Shown here in pieces: positions 1 through 11,493 of a stretch of 64,000 bases of DNA (the first letter of the stretch is position 1; every line of letters begins with the position of its first letter). The stretch spans positions 45,955 through 109,954 of the forward strand of contig CAISGE010000002.1 in the NCBI GenBank assembly GCA_903884815.1. The letters run 5' to 3'. Under the pieces are notes generated by a model, which did not search any database, was not told the origin of the DNA, and saw only the letters and a program-made list of their open reading frames with translations. Both the position numbers and the translations under genes were made by a program. This DNA is from Candidatus Omnitrophota bacterium (GTDB taxonomy: Bacteria; Omnitrophota; Omnitrophia; Omnitrophales; Aquincolibacteriaceae).

Positions 1-773
1 CCGGTCTCGATCGCGGCTTTCGCGCGCATAACGACCTGCCCGCGGCCCGTCTCATACGCTTTTTTGATCCCGTCGCGTCCGACAATGAGTCCGGCGGTCG
101 GAAAATCCGGCCCCGTGACGATCTTGGAAAGTTCTTTGACGGTCACGTCCGGGTTGTCGATCGTGGCGAGCATCGCCTTCGCGACCTCGGTTAAATTGTG
201 AGGCGGAATGTTGGTCGCCATACCCACCGCGATACCGCTTGAGCCGTTGATGAGCAGGTTGGGAAGCTTAGAAGGAAGGATCGAAGGCTCGACCAACGAC
301 TCGTCAAAATTCGGGACGAAGTCAATGGTATCCTTGTCAATATCCGTCAGAAGCTCGTTGCTCATGCTGGAAAGCCGGGCTTCGGTGTAACGCATGGCGG
401 CCGCGTTGTCGCCATCGATCGAGCCGAAGTTCCCCTGGCCTTCCACGAGCGGGTAACGGAGCGAAAAATCCTGCGCCATGCGGACCATCGATTCATAGAC
501 CGCGGTGTCCCCGTGCGGATGGTATTTCCCAAGCACTTCTCCGACAATACGGGCGGATTTCTTGTAAGCCTTGCTGTGGGTGAGTCCGAGTTCGTTCATC
601 GCGAACAGAATGCGCCGGTGTACGGGTTTAAGCCCGTCGCGAACATCCGGCAACGCTCGGCCGACAATGACCGACATCGCGTAATCGATGTAGGAATCCT
701 TCATCTCCTCTTCGATGGGGCGGAGGATGATCTTTTCATTCATTGCGTACAGATTTTTTTGTTCTTCTGCCAT
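1..773 (-). CDS. gyrA: DNA gyrase subunit A, 5' part (runs off the window start)
   Basis: Manual translation from ATG at 773: [56 protein letters not shown]..., later HPHGD and AAMRYTEAR; directly downstream of gyrB. Not in the ORF track because there is no stop in the window. Confidence 0.98.
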   Translation of the reverse strand, partial: MAEEQKNLYAMNEKIILRPIEEEMKDSYIDYAMSVIVGRALPDVRDGLKPVHRRILFAMNELGLTHSKAYKKSARIVGEVLGKYHPHGDTAVYESMVRMAQDFSLRYPLVEGQGNFGSIDGDNAAAMRYTEARLSSMSNELLTDIDKDTIDFVPNFDESLVEPSILPSKLPNLLINGSSGIAVGMATNIPPHNLTEVAKAMLATIDNPDVTVKELSKIVTGPDFPTAGLIVGRDGIKKAYETGRGQVVMRAKAAIET

Positions 774-797
774 GATAGCGTTCCCTTTTTTCTTGGA

Positions 798-3651
<2,854 letters not shown>

Positions 3652-3683
3652 GAAAAGCGTTCTTTTATCGGCTTTTTGTTTTA

Positions 3684-4784
3684 TTAGTTAAGCTGCATCG
3701 GCATGATCACGTAAAGATACCCTTCTCGCCCGCGTATCAACCCCGGCTTGTCGGGACTTGTCAGGGAGATGCTAATATTTTCATCAGATAAATTCTTCAG
3801 CACGTCTAAAAAATAGACGGGGTTAAACCCAATCGTGATCTCTTCCCCTTTAAAAACGGCGGAAAGCTCTTCTTTCGCCTCCCCCATATTGGGTGTTTTC
3901 GCGGAAACAATAACTTTGTTTTTAACGAAATCAAATTTGAGCGCCGGCGCTTCCGCGGAAGTTAGTAAGGTTGCTCTCCGGACAGCCTGGAGGAATTCCT
4001 CTCTATTTGCCTGAACGGTCGTTTTTTATTATTTCGGGATCACTTTATCATAGTTTGGAAAATTCCCCTCAATAAGGCTCGAGGTCAGAAAGGTGTCTTC
4101 GAAAGAAAAAATAATTTTATTTTGGGTGTGGACGATTTTCACCACCCCTTCCCACTCCAATAATTTTAAAAGCTCGTGGATGGTTTTTGCAGGTATGATC
4201 ATTTCCGCGCTTTTTGTGTTCTTTTGCTTGGTTTCTTTTTTATAAAAAGCAAGCCTTCGCCCGTCGGTCGCCACAAAGCGGAGTTGATTCCCTTGAATCG
4301 AAAGAAGAACGCCATTTAAAACATATCTTGTTTCGTCATGGGAGATCGCGAACGCTGTTAAAGAAAGGCTTTCTTTAATAACCGCTTGTTCTATCTCTAT
4401 CGCTTCCTCTAAAGAAAAATCAGGGAGTTTTGGGTATTCCTCTTTATCTAATCCCATAATTTTAAAATGGGACTTCCCTGCTTTAATATTCACTGTGTTG
4501 TTTTTCGTTACGGTGACTTCTACAATTCCCTCAGGGAGTTCTTTAATAATATCAAAAAATTTTCTTGCCGGAACCGTGATGCTTCCTGGTTGGATGATCT
4601 CCACGGGAAGAAGCGTGGAAATCCCAACCTCCATATCTGTGGCAACAATCTTCAACTTACCTTCTTTTTGAGTCTCAAGAAGAAGATTGTTTAAAATGGG
4701 AAGAGTGCTAGGTTTTGAGGCGGCAATATTCACACCTAAGGTAATTTTTTTTAAGAGATCACTTTTTTGAACCTTTATCTCCAT
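3684..4784 (-). CDS. dnaN: DNA polymerase III beta clamp, interrupted by two in-frame TAA codons at 4026-4031 (sequencing error or pseudogenisation)
   Basis: ORFs 4029..4784 and 3684..3887 share one frame; reading through gives 366 codons (ATDMEVGI, VATDGRRLA, GFNPVYFLD, YVIMPMQL). The segment after the stops, KTTVQANREEFLQAVRRATLL, is typical of DnaN domain III. Confidence 0.95.
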
Positions 4785-4800
4785 AAAGACTCCTTATGCT

Positions 4801-4913
4801 TTTATTCTATATTTTAAAAACAGTAACCGTAATAACAGGACCTGTGGATTTGTGCATATCCTACACAACTATCTAAAAAAGAACGAGATATAAAAAAGTT
4901 TTTCTGTGGAAAA
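4801..4913. promoter_or_regulatory. oriC unwinding module: tandem DnaA boxes, GC spacer, DnaA-trios and AT-rich cluster
   Basis: Minus strand reads ATATGCACA/AATCCACA-GGTCC-TGTTATTACGGTTACTG-TTTTTAAAATATAGAATAAAA (boxes 4843-4859, trios 4821-4838). A further box TTTTCCACA lies at 4905-4913. Located between dnaA and dnaN. Confidence 0.85.
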
Positions 4914-4917
4914 GAAC

Positions 4918-6276
4918 CTACTTTTTCAACAGTCCCAAAAGTTTTTCCAGCAAAAGACGAACCTCGACATCTTGGTCCCGTTCTTTTGCGATCTTAGAAC
5001 AAGAGTGGAGTACGGTGGTGTGATCTTTCCCGCCAAAAAATTCTCCGATCTCTGGAAGCGAGTGAGTTGTGAGCTCCCGAATAAGATACATCGCGATCTG
5101 GCGAGGGCGAACAATAGAAACTGTCCGCCGCTTGGCCCGAAGGTCCGAAACCTTCACATTAAAATAATCAGCCACCACCTTTTGAATACCCTCTATGGTA
5201 AACTTCTGGGATTCTTCCTTAAAAGCGTCTTTAAGCACCTCTTGAGCGAGACGGACATCGATCTTGGAGTTTGTAAGGGTGCAATATGCCACAACCCGGA
5301 TCAAGGCGCCCTCTAACTCTCGGATATTAGACTTAATTTTTCCAGCGATAAAATAGGCCACATCATCAGGCACCACAACGGTTTCCCTCTCCATCTTCTT
5401 TTTTAAAATAGCAACGCGCGTCTCAAAGTCTGGCGGTTGAATATCAGTTACGAGACCCCAGCCAAAACGGGAGACGAGGCGCTCCTCAAGACCCGGGATT
5501 TCCTTGGGGGGGCGGTCGCTTGTGACGACGATTTGCTTATGAGCATCGTAAAGAGTGTTGAATGTATTAAAAAACTCTTCCTGGGTGGAGTCTTTTTCAG
5601 CAATAAAATGGACATCGTCTATTAGCAAGAGGTCGAGAGTGCGATACTTTGCTCGAAATTGAGGCGTGGACTTTGTTTGTATCGCGGTGATCAGCTGGTT
5701 GGTGAATTTCTCGCTGGAAATGTACAAGATCTTGAAGTCCGGGTGACGCCGCTTCATTTCATGGGCAATAGACTGCAAAAGATGGGTTTTCCCGAGACCT
5801 GTGGGCCCGTAAATGAAGAGAGGGTTGTACTGTTTGGCCGGAGACTCGCTGACTGCTACCGAGGCAGCATGGGCAAAACGATTCCCAGGACCGATCACGA
5901 AGTCATCAAAGGTATAGCGCTGATTCAGCCCCACAAGAGCCTCTTCCCTTTCTTTCGGGGATTGCGGCGCCGAGGCCGGGAGAGAGGGGGCAGCCCTAGG
6001 AGGCTCCACCACCCGATAGATAATTTTTAAAGAATGGCCAAAAACATCCTCAACCGAAGAGAGGATCAGGTTTTGGTAATGGTCTTCGAGCCATTTTCCG
6101 TAATATTGGTCCGGGACGCTCAGGGTTAAAGCCTCAGGAGAAACCTCAAGCAAAGAAACCGGCTCAAACCAGGTTTTGAAGGAGCGTTCGCTCAATTCCC
6201 GGGAAAGGATCAAGCAAATCTTTTTCCAAAGCTCCACAGCGGAAGTGTTCGCTAGAGGTAAAAGAGGTGATGTCAT
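4918..6276 (-). CDS. dnaA: Chromosomal replication initiator DnaA
   Basis: YNPLFIYGPTGLGKTHL Walker A, LLIDDVHF, GGKDHTTVLHS. ATG 6276 is preferred over GTG 6306, which lies inside a DnaA box. Confidence 0.99.
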   Translation of the reverse strand: MTSPLLPLANTSAVELWKKICLILSRELSERSFKTWFEPVSLLEVSPEALTLSVPDQYYGKWLEDHYQNLILSSVEDVFGHSLKIIYRVVEPPRAAPSLPASAPQSPKEREEALVGLNQRYTFDDFVIGPGNRFAHAASVAVSESPAKQYNPLFIYGPTGLGKTHLLQSIAHEMKRRHPDFKILYISSEKFTNQLITAIQTKSTPQFRAKYRTLDLLLIDDVHFIAEKDSTQEEFFNTFNTLYDAHKQIVVTSDRPPKEIPGLEERLVSRFGWGLVTDIQPPDFETRVAILKKKMERETVVVPDDVAYFIAGKIKSNIRELEGALIRVVAYCTLTNSKIDVRLAQEVLKDAFKEESQKFTIEGIQKVVADYFNVKVSDLRAKRRTVSIVRPRQIAMYLIRELTTHSLPEIGEFFGGKDHTTVLHSCSKIAKERDQDVEVRLLLEKLLGLLKK

Positions 6277-6298
6277 AGGAAGAAAAAGCTTTCCATTG

Positions 6299-6502
6299 TT
6301 ATCCACAAGTTGTTAATAGGATAATATTGATTATTTATCAAAACGTATTCGAGAACAAAAAAAATGACACAAAAGCATAAATAGCTTATAAACACGTTAT
6401 CCACAAGAAGAAAAAGGCCAAAATAAATGTTCGTCCCCCAGAAGGAGACGAACAGATGTGGATGCGAAAAGGATTCTACAGCAAAAAAGGTATTTGTCCA
6501 CG
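6299..6502. promoter_or_regulatory. DnaA-box cluster upstream of dnaA (second oriC half / dnaA autoregulation)
   Basis: Perfect TTATCCACA at 6299-6307 and 6397-6405; degenerate boxes TTATAAACA 6386-6394 and TTGTCCACG 6494-6502; AT-rich region. Confidence 0.85.
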
Positions 6503-6588
6503 AGGAAACAAAAATATTTTTCAAACAAGATCTGAAAAACGCACAAAGCCTTTTTTGCCCAACTAGAAACAAAAGCCAAACAAAAGGC

Positions 6589-6617
6589 TGGATATTCCAA
6601 ACAAACTTCACTATAAT
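6589..6617 (+). promoter_or_regulatory. Probable sigma70 promoter of rpmH (near-leaderless transcript)
   Basis: TGGATA (6589-6594), 17 bp spacer, TATAAT (6612-6617); ATG only 9 nt downstream and no SD. Confidence 0.55.
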
Positions 6618-6626
6618 CCCCGCCTC

Positions 6627-6764
6627 ATGAAAAGAACATACCAGCCTTCCAAGAGAAAACGTCGTAACAAGCACGGCTATCTTGCCCGAAAGAAGACGGC
6701 GGGAGGACGAAAAGTCCTCGCAGCGCGCCGTAAAAAAGGGCGGAAAAAGCTGACCCAAGTCTAG
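6627..6764 (+). CDS. rpmH: 50S ribosomal protein L34
   Basis: Manual translation [45 protein letters not shown]; below the ORF-track length cutoff. Confidence 0.98.
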   Translation: MKRTYQPSKRKRRNKHGYLARKKTAGGRKVLAARRKKGRKKLTQV

Positions 6765-6843
6765 CGCTGTGTCGACATTGATTTTACGGTTCACCGCGCT
6801 ACCTCGTGGCCCCGTAAAAATCAAACAGACACGGTGGTAAGCG

Positions 6844-7221
6844 TTGGAGCCCAGGAAGCGCCTTTTTTCAAGCCAGCGAATCCGGCGGCAAGCAACCTTC
6901 AAACTACTCGTTGAGAAAGGAACTTTTTCTCGAGGGGAGTTTTTTTACTTGTGGGCCAGTCGCCGTGCCGACATCGGAGAAGTGTCCCCGAAAGCGAGAC
7001 CCATGATCGGGATCGTGGTAAGCCGTAAAGCGGATCCACGCGCGAGCGGGCGGAACATCTGGAAGCGCCGCGTCCGGGAGATTTTCCGGGAAAAGCAGGC
7101 GATGCTTCACCCCGAAGCCGTTTGCCTTGTGAAAGTCCGGACGACGCAAAGGAAGCCTTCTTACGCGGCCATGGACGAAGACCTCGTCAAACTTTTCAAA
7201 AAAACAGGAGCCTGGGCGTGA
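6844..7221 (+). CDS. rnpA: Ribonuclease P protein component
   Basis: GIVVSRKA..RASGRNIWKRRVREIFR (RNR-like motif); rpmH-rnpA-yidD-yidC synteny. Confidence 0.92.
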   Translation: MEPRKRLFSSQRIRRQATFKLLVEKGTFSRGEFFYLWASRRADIGEVSPKARPMIGIVVSRKADPRASGRNIWKRRVREIFREKQAMLHPEAVCLVKVRTTQRKPSYAAMDEDLVKLFKKTGAWA

Positions 7222-7427
7222 AGCACTTTTTGATCCTTATGATTCATGCTTATCGCGCGCTCATCGCTCCCCTTCTCGGTCCTTGTTGCCGTTTTACTCC
7301 CAGTTGCTCCGCGTACGCGGAAGAATCTCTTCGAAAGAACGGAGCGTGGTCCGGCGGCAAGCGGGCGCTCCAAAGATTTTGTAAATGCCACCCCTTTCAC
7401 CCCGGCGGGTTTGATCCCGTTCTATAA
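7218..7427 (+). CDS. yidD: Membrane protein insertion efficiency factor YidD
   Basis: CRFTPSCSAYA...CHPFHPGGFDPV; the GTG start overlaps the rnpA stop. Confidence 0.95.
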   Translation: MKHFLILMIHAYRALIAPLLGPCCRFTPSCSAYAEESLRKNGAWSGGKRALQRFCKCHPFHPGGFDPVL

Positions 7428-7437
7428 AGGAAACAAA

Positions 7438-9084
7438 ATGGATAAAAATACCGTAAAAGCGATTGTTCTCGCCATGGCTGTCATGCTGTTTTACCCGATG
7501 GTGGTTAAAAAGTTTTATCCTGCAGCGTATCAGAGAACACCGGGCGCCACGACAGCAACGCAGCTCGCCCCCGCAGCGCTTCCCACAAGAGTGCCGCCCA
7601 CGGCCATTTCTGAGGTGACGGGAGGAACGAACCTGGAAAAAGCGGCGGCCCCCGCCGTGACGCTTCTGAAGAATAACTTTTATCAAGCCGAATTTTCCAC
7701 GCTCGGCGGAACCCTCACAAGCCTTTCCTTTCTCGGCGAAGCCGGGAGACAGAATTTTACAAAAACAGATTTTTTTGTGGGTGATCCGCGCGAGTCCGGC
7801 ATTTTCGGGGTGAGTGTTCTTCGCGAAAGAGCGGATCTTTCGGAAACGATATTCAAGATGGCCCGGAAAGGAGCGCGAGGAGAGACCCTGGAGTTTTCTT
7901 ACGAACTGCCTGGCGAATATCAGTTTATCAAGACGTTTACGGTGCGCGAAGATAAGCCCGTGATCGATCTCACCGTCAGGATCAAGAACCTTTCCCCCAT
8001 TACAAAGCATTTCCCCGTGACCCTGAACTACGGCATAAGTTATACCGAAGGCTATCAAAGAAGTTATGGTTACTATGACGCGGCAGCCTATACGGACAAG
8101 GTCCAGACGAAGGGCCTAAGAGATATTAAGAAGAAGGGGTATTTCTTCCCCGAGCAAACCGTGTGGGCGGGATTTATAAAAAAATATTTCGCGCTGCTTA
8201 TCAAGCCGGACGCAAAGATCATCGAGGGAAGCGCTCGCGCGGACACAAAGGATCTTTTTGGAGAAATGACCCTGGAGCCGTTGACGGTTCTGGCGGGCGG
8301 CGAAGGCGAAAGAAGCTTTTTGATCTATGCCGGAACGCAGCGCTACGAAGCGCTTAAAAGCTTTGGCGTTGGATTCGAGGAGGTTTTCTCCAGGGGTTTC
8401 TTCGGGCTCTTCAAGACATGGATCCTTATGGCGCTTAAATTTCTGAACCAATACACGCACAACTTTGGCTGGGCGCTTGTGATCCTCACCTTCTTGATCA
8501 AGCTGGTGTTCGCGCCGCTGACGCACCTTAGTTACTCGAACATGAAGAAAATGCAACTCCTCTCGCCGAAAATGAAGGCGATCCAGGAGCATAACAAAAA
8601 AGATCCCGCGAAATCCCAGCACGAGCTCATGATGCTCTACCGGCGGAATAAAGTGAATCCGATGATGGGTTGTCTTCCCATGCTGATACAGATCCCCGTT
8701 TTTATCGCGATGTTCAAGCTTCTTCCCGAAGCGATCGAGCTTCACGGCGCGCCCTTCATTTTTTGGATCAAAGATCTTTCTTCGCCGGATCATTTCATGA
8801 CGCTCCCCTTCACCGTTCCCCTGCTCGGGTGGACCGCGCTGAACATCCTGCCGCTCACCATGGCGGCTTCTCAGGTCTGGTATCAAAAACTCATGCCGGC
8901 GCAGCCGGGGTCGAGCCCGGAGCAGCAGACCATGATGAGCATCATGCCGGTCTTTTTTGGCTTCATGTGCTACAACATGCCTTCGGGCCTGACGCTTTAT
9001 TGGACGCTGCAGAATATGTTCTCGATCATCCAGCAGGTTTTCATCAACAGGATCGCGATCATTCTGCATCACGAAGATCAATAA
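7438..9084 (+). CDS. yidC: Membrane protein insertase YidC
   Basis: N-terminal TM, periplasmic domain, NFGWALVILT, NPMMGCLPMLIQIPVF, PSGLTLYW; AAGGA SD before ATG 7438. Confidence 0.97.
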   Translation: MDKNTVKAIVLAMAVMLFYPMVVKKFYPAAYQRTPGATTATQLAPAALPTRVPPTAISEVTGGTNLEKAAAPAVTLLKNNFYQAEFSTLGGTLTSLSFLGEAGRQNFTKTDFFVGDPRESGIFGVSVLRERADLSETIFKMARKGARGETLEFSYELPGEYQFIKTFTVREDKPVIDLTVRIKNLSPITKHFPVTLNYGISYTEGYQRSYGYYDAAAYTDKVQTKGLRDIKKKGYFFPEQTVWAGFIKKYFALLIKPDAKIIEGSARADTKDLFGEMTLEPLTVLAGGEGERSFLIYAGTQRYEALKSFGVGFEEVFSRGFFGLFKTWILMALKFLNQYTHNFGWALVILTFLIKLVFAPLTHLSYSNMKKMQLLSPKMKAIQEHNKKDPAKSQHELMMLYRRNKVNPMMGCLPMLIQIPVFIAMFKLLPEAIELHGAPFIFWIKDLSSPDHFMTLPFTVPLLGWTALNILPLTMAASQVWYQKLMPAQPGSSPEQQTMMSIMPVFFGFMCYNMPSGLTLYWTLQNMFSIIQQVFINRIAIILHHEDQ

Positions 9085-9087
9085 AAT

Positions 9088-9157
9088 CGCACAACGCGCA
9101 ACGCTCAACGGACAACGAATCGTTGCGCTTTGCGCGCTGCGCGCTGAGCGTTGAACG
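9088..9157. repeat. Heptad tandem-repeat inverted hairpin
   Basis: CGCACAA CGCGCAA CGCTCAA CGGACAA CGAATCG TTGCGCT TTGCGCG CTGCGCG CTGAGCG TTGAACG. Confidence 0.85.
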
Positions 9158-9160
9158 AAT

Positions 9161-10981
9161 ATGAATCCCATCCAAAGATACGCTGCCATCATTGTCGGAG
9201 CCGGCCACGCCGGCGTCGAAGCTTCCCTTGCCATCGCCCGAGCGGGTTTTCCCGTGCTGGTGATCACCATGGACACGAACGCCATCGCGCGCATGTCGTG
9301 CAATCCCGCGATCGGCGGGCTCGCAAAGGGCCACATGGTCCGTGAGATCGACGCGCTCGGCGGCGAAATGGGTCTCGCGACGGATGCCACCGGCATTCAA
9401 TTCCGCATGCTCAATAAATCCAAGGGCCCCGCCGTTTGGGCGCCGCGCGCGCAAGCCGACAAAAAACAGTATGAGCTTTATATGAAGCGCGTGCTCGAGG
9501 CTGAAAAAAACATAACGCTCTTACAGGGACAGGTCGTGGAACTTCTTGTGAAAGATGGCGTTTGCTATGGCGTACGAACGAAGAGCGGCGAAACATTTTT
9601 TGGTGAGTACGTGATTCTGACCACGGGAACCTTTTTACAGGGACTGATCCATGTCGGCGAAGAAAATTATCCGGGAGGACGCCGGGGTGAGGCGCCCGCG
9701 GTCGGGCTTTCGGATTCTCTGCGCGCTCACGGGATCGATCTGGTGCGGTTCAAGACGGGAACGCCGCCGCGACTTCATAAGGACAGCATTCGTTGGGACA
9801 TTCTGGAGGAGCAGAAAGGCGATGAACCGCCGCTCCCCTTTTCTTATCGAACAAAGGATTTTAAGGTCGAGCAGCTTTCCTGTTTCATGACCCACACGAA
9901 CGAAAAGGCCCACGCGATCATTCGCAAAAATTTGGATCGCTCCCCGCTTTATGCCGGAAGGATCGCCGGCATCGGACCGCGCTATTGCCCCTCGGTGGAA
10001 GACAAGGTCGTGAAATTTCCCGATAAAAAATCCCATCAGATTTATCTTGAGCCAGAGGGACGCGACACTGACGAAATATACATGAACGGATTTTCAACGT
10101 CCCTTCCGAAGGATGTCCAGGAAGTCGCGCTTCGCGAGATCCGGGGTCTTGAAAAGGCGGAAATTCTGAAATTCGGATACGCAATCGAATACGATGCCGC
10201 TCCCCCGATGCAGCTCAAGCATTCTCTGGAAACCAAAAAAATAAAAAATCTTTTTTTTGCCGGACAGATCAATTGCACCTCCGGCTATGAAGAGGCCGCG
10301 GCGCAAGGGCTTATGGCGGGATTCAATGTGATACGGAAATTGTGCGGCCAGAGTGAATTCGCGCTCGACCGGACGGAGGCCTATATCGCCGTGCTGATCG
10401 ATGACCTTGTGACCTGCGGGACGAACGAACCCTATCGAATGTTTACTTCACGCGCAGAATTCCGTCTGTTGCTTCGCCAGGATAACGCCGACGAACGGCT
10501 CATGCTTTACGGATTTCAGTTCGGGCTGATCGGCGAAAAAACATTCGAAGAGTTCAATCAACGATTGGACCGGATGCGGGCCGATGTGAAAGAACTAAAA
10601 GCAAAGCGCTTTAAAAACGATACTCTTTATCAGTATTTAAAGCGGCCCGAGATAAGATATAAAGAATTGCTGTTAAATGATTTGCACTCATCTATTCTTA
10701 AGGACGATGAGATCCATCGCGTCGAAAGCGAGATTAAGTATGAAGGCTATATCGCCCAACAAAAGACCGAGGTAAAAAAATTCTTGAAACTCGAGAAGAA
10801 AAAAATACCGGAAGATCTAGACTACGAAAAAATGCCAGGCATTGGGCGAGAAGCTAAAGAGAAGCTAAAAAAGATTCGTCCTGAATCAATAGGCCATGCG
10901 GCCAGAATTTCCGGGATTTCCACATGCGACCTATCTATCCTGGCGGTTTTCATAGAAAAGACGGCGAAAGAAAAAAGATAA
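9161..10981 (+). CDS. mnmG: tRNA U34 5-carboxymethylaminomethyl modification enzyme MnmG (GidA)
   Basis: GAGHAGVEA, MSCNPAIGGLAKG, RFKTGTPPR, GPRYCPSVEDK, GYEEAAAQG. Confidence 0.99.
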   Translation: MNPIQRYAAIIVGAGHAGVEASLAIARAGFPVLVITMDTNAIARMSCNPAIGGLAKGHMVREIDALGGEMGLATDATGIQFRMLNKSKGPAVWAPRAQADKKQYELYMKRVLEAEKNITLLQGQVVELLVKDGVCYGVRTKSGETFFGEYVILTTGTFLQGLIHVGEENYPGGRRGEAPAVGLSDSLRAHGIDLVRFKTGTPPRLHKDSIRWDILEEQKGDEPPLPFSYRTKDFKVEQLSCFMTHTNEKAHAIIRKNLDRSPLYAGRIAGIGPRYCPSVEDKVVKFPDKKSHQIYLEPEGRDTDEIYMNGFSTSLPKDVQEVALREIRGLEKAEILKFGYAIEYDAAPPMQLKHSLETKKIKNLFFAGQINCTSGYEEAAAQGLMAGFNVIRKLCGQSEFALDRTEAYIAVLIDDLVTCGTNEPYRMFTSRAEFRLLLRQDNADERLMLYGFQFGLIGEKTFEEFNQRLDRMRADVKELKAKRFKNDTLYQYLKRPEIRYKELLLNDLHSSILKDDEIHRVESEIKYEGYIAQQKTEVKKFLKLEKKKIPEDLDYEKMPGIGREAKEKLKKIRPESIGHAARISGISTCDLSILAVFIEKTAKEKR

Positions 10982-11232
10982 GACGAAGAGAGTCCTTCGA
11001 AAAAAGAAATACCTGCACCAAGGGGCCCCAACGAAAATCCCCCGAGCGATCGCGCGCCACGCATCCTTATAGTCTCCTATAAAGCAACGCCGCAAGCCGT
11101 GTGTTCGCATATGACAAGGTCTATTAGTCTTCGATAGCGCACAGATATTGCCCATCTAAACACAATACAAACTTGACCGTGATGTGATTTTTATTATTGA
11201 TAATCTGGAATTCGCCTCATGATAAAATTAAA

Positions 11233-11248
11233 CGTTTCACGTGAAACA
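11233..11248. promoter_or_regulatory. parS: parS site (1 mismatch)
   Basis: CGTTTCACGTGAAACA versus consensus TGTTTCACGTGAAACA. Confidence 0.92.
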
Positions 11249-11465
11249 TGCCAAACGTCAAAAAAGCAGACAAAGGAGTTCTTGCGTAATAGCGCGCGAT
11301 CGCCAGCTCTCGCCATTGGAAAAAGAGAAGGTTTTCGGAAATAAAGTTCTCGATTAAACGAGCGTAAATTTTTATTGCAAGCCTCTGGAATCTGTGTAAA
11401 ATACGGCACGGGTAGAAACACAGCCCTTTTGCATTGAGCGCACAATTGTTCGTGTTGCCACGCAT

Positions 11466-11481
11466 TGTTTCACGTGAAACA
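11466..11481. promoter_or_regulatory. parS: parS site (perfect)
   Basis: TGTTTCACGTGAAACA, 3 nt upstream of the GGAGG SD of parA. Confidence 0.95.
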
Positions 11482-11493
11482 TATGGAGGCTCT

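Noticed and set aside
4026-4031. TAA reassigned to an amino acid (alternative genetic code)
   Set aside because: TAA terminates many intact genes in this window (gyrB, yidC, mnmG, rho, murA), and no other gene shows internal stops.
7246-7437. N-terminal extensions given by the ORF track (yidC from 7246, dnaA from 6306, parA from 11434, SDR from 26208, zinc-ribbon gene from 29352, regulator from 53311)
   Set aside because: They overlap other genes or regulatory sites; downstream ATGs have SD sequences and/or match family N-termini.
9088-9157. CRISPR array or ordinary intrinsic terminator
   Set aside because: The units are 7 bp with no spacers and no cas genes; there is no U-tract after the stem.
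10982-11230. rsmG remnant or ncRNA in the mnmG-parA gap
   Set aside because: No methyltransferase motif or convincing structure could be seen by eye.
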